From: a virus
Taxonomy: Duplodnaviria; Caudoviricetes
Direction: 5' to 3' (one strand)
IMG/VR virus record: IMGVR_UViG_3300008267_000906
Span: 1-29,922 of that record
Length of the DNA: 29,922 bases
Shown: one piece after another, positions 26,069 through 29,922 of the stretch
Position numbering within the stretch: the first letter of the stretch is position 1
Layout: every line of letters begins with the position of its first letter
Notes under the pieces: generated by a model
What the model saw: only the letters and a program-made list of their open reading frames with translations
Database searches by the model: none
Told to the model about the DNA's origin: nothing
Position numbers and translations under genes: made by a program

Positions 26069-28139
26069 AGTTTTCTAGACCTATATACATTGATGATGAG
26101 GTAAAATATATACTTCCTGCATTAGTTGGATTCACAGGTAAAGCTGATTGTGTTTGTATTTGTACTATACTTTGGCTCACAATAAAAACCGGTTCTTGTG
26201 TAGTGAAATTACGAACTATGAATAAATTACTATATAAATCAGTATCGCCACTACTTGATATATTTAAATATTTTGTGCTACCTGATTTAATTAGGAATAG
26301 ACTATTAGGATTTACATTAACACTAGCAGTAATACTACCTGTTGTTATTTGAAATAAACTTACATTATTAGGATCAATATAAGAAGCAGTAACAGCAAAT
26401 AAAGAATAAGATGATGTTGTAGCATAAGATGCTGAAATTGAATTTTGCGCCCAAGATGCTGTACCAAATAAACTTCCTGTTGCTAATAATGAGCCACTGC
26501 TATTAAATCTAGTAGTTGATGTAGAACCAACAATATCTAGATAATTACCATTAAGAGTTAATGTTCTAATACCAGCTAATGAACCATCAGAAGTATAAAT
26601 GTTATTAGCCTGTATTAATGTTTGTACAACACCCGCTTGAAGTTCTACACGATCAAGTCTAAATGCAGGTAATGAGTTAATAAATCTAAGACGAACCCTA
26701 GTAAACGCAGCCTGAGTAAAGCGCCAGTTAGCTACTGGTATTTGAATTAGCTGGTAGGTTCCAGTTGTAGAGCTGCTAAAGCCAAATTGACCATTGAGTA
26801 CACTTATTTCTGTAGATATAAGTGTATTTCCATTGTAGAAACCTATTGCTAAAGTGGAGTTTGTATTCCAGGTTGCTCCTAATCTAATTGCAAATTTAAA
26901 TACAGTATAATTAGATATAGAATCGGTACCAGAAATTCTATCAAACTGGAGGTATCTAGTACCTGTAGTAGTAGCAGAAACAGATGTACAAACAACTCCA
27001 GTATAAGGATTTGTTGCATTAGCAAAATCTGCAGTGATACCAAGTGAAGAAGAAGTCCATGTATTATTTACTACCTCATCATAGATAATAGAAGTAGTAA
27101 TGTTTATAGGGCTTGTTGCTCCTGCCGGTACTAGGATAGTGGTTAATTCAATCTCAGTAGTAGGATCTATTTGAGCCTTTACAGGGTTACTACTTGGTGT
27201 ACCTGGTATTACTATTACTTGTCCTTGATCGTTTACTGCAACAATGTCAAGCCTTGGATTACTAATATCAGCTACTCCAAGTGTTACTTGGGTATTGTTA
27301 GTAGTAAAATATACACCATTAATATAGTAATAGGCAGCACTTACATCATATACCCATCCAGTACCGGACCAACTTACAATACCTCCACTAACTAATCCAT
27401 TAGTAACACTAGTGTATACAGGAATATTCAGAACATTATCTATAAGAGAAGAGGTTCCTGAATTTCCATTAGTAGTTAATGATATTATTGAACCAGAAAA
27501 ATAGGAAGCAGTTAATGCATTGAGAGCCCATGAGGCTGTTCCAAATAAAGAACCAGTAATACTGCCAGTTACGGTTAAAGAGCCAGATATTGTCTGATTA
27601 CCTTTAAATATATTTGATCCAGTCGTGGCTAATGAAGCAGACAATGATACAAATACAGGATCTGTTTCTTTATAAAAGGAAGCAGTAGAAGCAAAAGAAG
27701 CACTTGTTGCTATAGAGGCCGTAGCAGCATATGATGCGCTAATAGCATTTGATATACTGCCAGAAAAGTAAGATGCTGTTACTGCATTTTGAGCCCAAGA
27801 TGCAGTGCCAACAGTAGATGTAATATAATCAGTTCCAGCAGTAGCAGCTGATATGGCAGTTCCGTCTCCTTTTAAAAGACCAGTGATTGTTGTAGATAAA
27901 GTAATTGCAGGGGTTGTAGTTGGGTTAGCTACAGAGCCAGCAAGACCATTTGCTGTAACAACAGATACATTTGTTACAGTACCTCCCCCACCTCCAGCAC
28001 TAGCAGTACTATAATAGACTTTACCATTAGCGTCTGCTACTACATATCTAGTTAGGGAGGAACTTTCGGTGAGTGCTACTTGTAATGTGTTTAAAACAGC
28101 ATTACCACCATACCTAATTAAATTGACGGATTGACCCAT
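26067..28139 (-). CDS. Mosaic tail fibre-like structural protein
   Basis: 690 aa with three GTASWA motifs, ETDP, TTGSNIFKGNQ and a central globular region. Confidence 0.7.
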   Translation of the reverse strand: MGQSVNLIRYGGNAVLNTLQVALTESSSLTRYVVADANGKVYYSTASAGGGGGTVTNVSVVTANGLAGSVANPTTTPAITLSTTITGLLKGDGTAISAATAGTDYITSTVGTASWAQNAVTASYFSGSISNAISASYAATASIATSASFASTASFYKETDPVFVSLSASLATTGSNIFKGNQTISGSLTVTGSITGSLFGTASWALNALTASYFSGSIISLTTNGNSGTSSLIDNVLNIPVYTSVTNGLVSGGIVSWSGTGWVYDVSAAYYYINGVYFTTNNTQVTLGVADISNPRLDIVAVNDQGQVIVIPGTPSSNPVKAQIDPTTEIELTTILVPAGATSPINITTSIIYDEVVNNTWTSSSLGITADFANATNPYTGVVCTSVSATTTGTRYLQFDRISGTDSISNYTVFKFAIRLGATWNTNSTLAIGFYNGNTLISTEISVLNGQFGFSSSTTGTYQLIQIPVANWRFTQAAFTRVRLRFINSLPAFRLDRVELQAGVVQTLIQANNIYTSDGSLAGIRTLTLNGNYLDIVGSTSTTRFNSSGSLLATGSLFGTASWAQNSISASYATTSSYSLFAVTASYIDPNNVSLFQITTGSITASVNVNPNSLFLIKSGSTKYLNISSSGDTDLYSNLFIVRNFTTQEPVFIVSQSIVQIQTQSALPVNPTNAGSIYFTSSSMYIGLEN

Positions 28140-28158
28140 TGATACCCTTTAGTTCTCG

Positions 28159-28168
28159 TATAAATATT
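28159..28168 (-). promoter_or_regulatory. ATATTTAT upstream motif enclosed in an inverted repeat
   Basis: AATATTTATA flanked by TTCTCGT...ACGAGAA (28153-28180). Confidence 0.5.
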
Positions 28169-28211
28169 GTATAACGAGAAATGGATATATACTGTTTTGC
28201 TAGATTAGCTA

Positions 28212-28535
28212 CTATACTAAGGTTAAATTAAGTAGCCCAGTTACTACTATAAATGCATCGTTATTAATATCTCCACCCATAGACCCCCAATTTGTGTAGG
28301 TAGTTCCTGATACTTCTATTATATCTTTTAGTAATATTTCTGTAATTGTGTTAGTAACTGTTGCTACTTGTTCATCTGGTTGTGATACTTCTTCTTGAAC
28401 TTCTATTACTGATATTAAATAATATTTAAATATTGCTTTGTCATTTAAATTATCATAGCTTATTACCATATCAAAGTAATTAGCAGTAACGTTTTGTCCT
28501 CTAACAGGAAAAGTGTATGGTTGAATTTGTCTCAT
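28212..28535 (-). CDS. Hypothetical protein (fibre-associated)
   Basis: 107-aa ORF preceded by the ATATTTAT motif. Confidence 0.65.
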   Translation of the reverse strand: MRQIQPYTFPVRGQNVTANYFDMVISYDNLNDKAIFKYYLISVIEVQEEVSQPDEQVATVTNTITEILLKDIIEVSGTTYTNWGSMGGDINNDAFIVVTGLLNLTLV

Positions 28536-28549
28536 TTAAATTATTTACG

Positions 28550-28559
28550 TATAAATATT
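28550..28559 (-). promoter_or_regulatory. ATATTTAT upstream motif (putative late promoter)
   Basis: AATATTTATA upstream of the start at 28535. Confidence 0.5.
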
Positions 28560-29266
28560 TACTGATTATCAAATTCTTTATACATTTCATTCCATTTTGC
28601 ATCTGATTCTTTAGGTTCCCATCCTGATATCCATGGTCCTCCTAGTGTATAGTGGAGTATTGTTGCTTTATTAAGTAATAAATTATCATTTATATCTACT
28701 AAATGATTCCACTTATTATCTAATTCACCTATTTCTTCATCTTTTAACCATTTGAAAGCATGTAAATCCCTACCAGGCCATTTATTTAAATTATGTAATG
28801 TTAATTCTTCATGTGCAGGATGATTACAATTAATTAACATAACAGATGACCAGTTTTTTCTGTTATAATAAACAGAGGCTTGATCTACCATTTTTATTTC
28901 ACTACTCCCCACCTTTTGTTGGTGTTTAACAACCATCACAGCATACTGTGGATCTGCTTGATCAAATAATTCATCTATATTTTCTAAAGCAATAATATCA
29001 CAATCAGCAAACAAAACCCAACCTTTTTCCATAAATGGAATTGCAAATCTAGAAATAGAAAATTCAGTAGTTTGAGGAGCTTCTGATATAGGGCACCACA
29101 TTTGGTTTCCTCTCCATTCAATAGGTCTATTTAATATATTGTTTATTTCACTTAGTTTAAGTGCTTTAATATCTAAATTATTAGAATATTTTTTAAGAGA
29201 ATATTCTGCTACATCATATGCTAATGTTTCTCTAGGATCCCATCCAATATAAACTTTATTCTTCAT
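28559..29266 (-). CDS. GT-A fold glycosyltransferase (GT8-like, similar to plant CDI-type proteins)
   Basis: VYIGWDPRE, TEFSISRF, DxD motif FADCD, AVMVVKH, RKNWSSVML.NC, IGEL...WNHLV, LHYTLGGPW. Confidence 0.85.
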   Translation of the reverse strand: MKNKVYIGWDPRETLAYDVAEYSLKKYSNNLDIKALKLSEINNILNRPIEWRGNQMWCPISEAPQTTEFSISRFAIPFMEKGWVLFADCDIIALENIDELFDQADPQYAVMVVKHQQKVGSSEIKMVDQASVYYNRKNWSSVMLINCNHPAHEELTLHNLNKWPGRDLHAFKWLKDEEIGELDNKWNHLVDINDNLLLNKATILHYTLGGPWISGWEPKESDAKWNEMYKEFDNQ

Positions 29267-29921
29267 TTGTTTTTATTTTAATATCTTTTACCCCAACTAC
29301 AACATGAAGTTCAGGACCTTTTTTAGTTACTTTTCCTACTGTAAAAAATTGGCTTAATATTTCTTTCCACCATTCTTCTCCTTCCTGAATTAAGTGAGTA
29401 TTTCTGCCATCTGCATATGTTTTAGATGCAGGGCCAGTATGGATAACAAAATATCCAACTTGTTTTACACACCTTCTTAGATCACCTAACACGTCTCCTA
29501 AAAGTTCTGGTTCTATATGTTCTAATACGTCTGTGCACATTACAATATCTGCGGGGCGAGGGCATTCTTCTTTACCTATTACTCCGGGATCATATTCCCA
29601 TATAGGAAAAGGTAAAGCTTTAGCAAGATATCCTTTACCACAACCATAATCTAATACTAGTTTTGTATTGAGTGCTTCTGTTAGTTTAATTACTAACTCA
29701 GCATACTTTCCTCCTCCTATACCATAAGCAGTATTATCTTCATGTAGTTGTTTATTTAATTGAGCATATTCATCTGTGATAAATTTAGGTTTTTGAAAAC
29801 CTATAACATTTTCATGCTTTTTATTTTTCTTTTCTGGTGTGTGGTTTCTATACATTTCTTGTGTTAAACCATCTCCATAGAATATAGCTTTTACTGCTGG
29901 GAGTTGATCAAGTTCATGTAG
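29256..29921 (-). CDS. Class I SAM-dependent methyltransferase domain protein (partial; frame open to the window end)
   Basis: VLDYGCGKG motif I and DIVMCTDVLEHI. The frame continues upstream of the track's Met (LHELDQLPAVKAIFYGDGLTQE-M), so the true start probably lies outside the window. Confidence 0.8.
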   Translation of the reverse strand, partial: LHELDQLPAVKAIFYGDGLTQEMYRNHTPEKKNKKHENVIGFQKPKFITDEYAQLNKQLHEDNTAYGIGGGKYAELVIKLTEALNTKLVLDYGCGKGYLAKALPFPIWEYDPGVIGKEECPRPADIVMCTDVLEHIEPELLGDVLGDLRRCVKQVGYFVIHTGPASKTYADGRNTHLIQEGEEWWKEILSQFFTVGKVTKKGPELHVVVGVKDIKIKTNEE

Positions 29922-29922
29922 T

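Noticed and set aside
1862-27395. Plus-strand ORFs in the track (e.g. 6701..7039, 7598..7966, 7982..8389, 8714..9211, 24855..25994)
   Set aside because: All lie antisense to well-supported minus-strand genes and show no motifs; they are shadows of biased codon usage.
1-29922. Stop-codon reassignment
   Set aside because: Long genes are intact under the standard code, TAA, TAG and TGA all end genes, and both anomalies are frame or junction problems rather than in-frame stops.

Overview
AT-rich fragment of a large contractile-tailed (myovirus-like) phage genome, with all credible genes on the minus strand. In transcription order (high to low coordinates) it holds: a partial SAM-dependent methyltransferase-containing gene and a GT8/CDI-like glycosyltransferase; three Ser/Thr/Gly-rich fibre genes, the largest (about 28 GIGTTSP modules, C-terminal peptidase S74 chaperone) split by a frame break near 19030; small fibre-associated genes; tail sheath and tube; a T4 gp26-like tail-assembly protein with an apparent frameshift extension; tape measure; tube-initiator, LysM and hub-like baseplate genes; and a partial compact family-A DNA polymerase-like gene. 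A Bacteroidota host is inferred from A/T-rich starts without Shine-Dalgarno motifs and one TTTG-N19-TAnnTTT(A) promoter. Best leads: a possible virion glycosylation system ([S/T]-G-S enrichment in exposed proteins next to a glycosyltransferase), a structured 5' leader on the giant fibre gene, fibre segments that may dock head-to-tail, a +1/-2 chaperone frameshift, an attenuator-like intergenic region, and a recurring ATATTTAT upstream motif. All family calls come from motif recognition by eye; no searches or folding programs were run, and counts are by hand.
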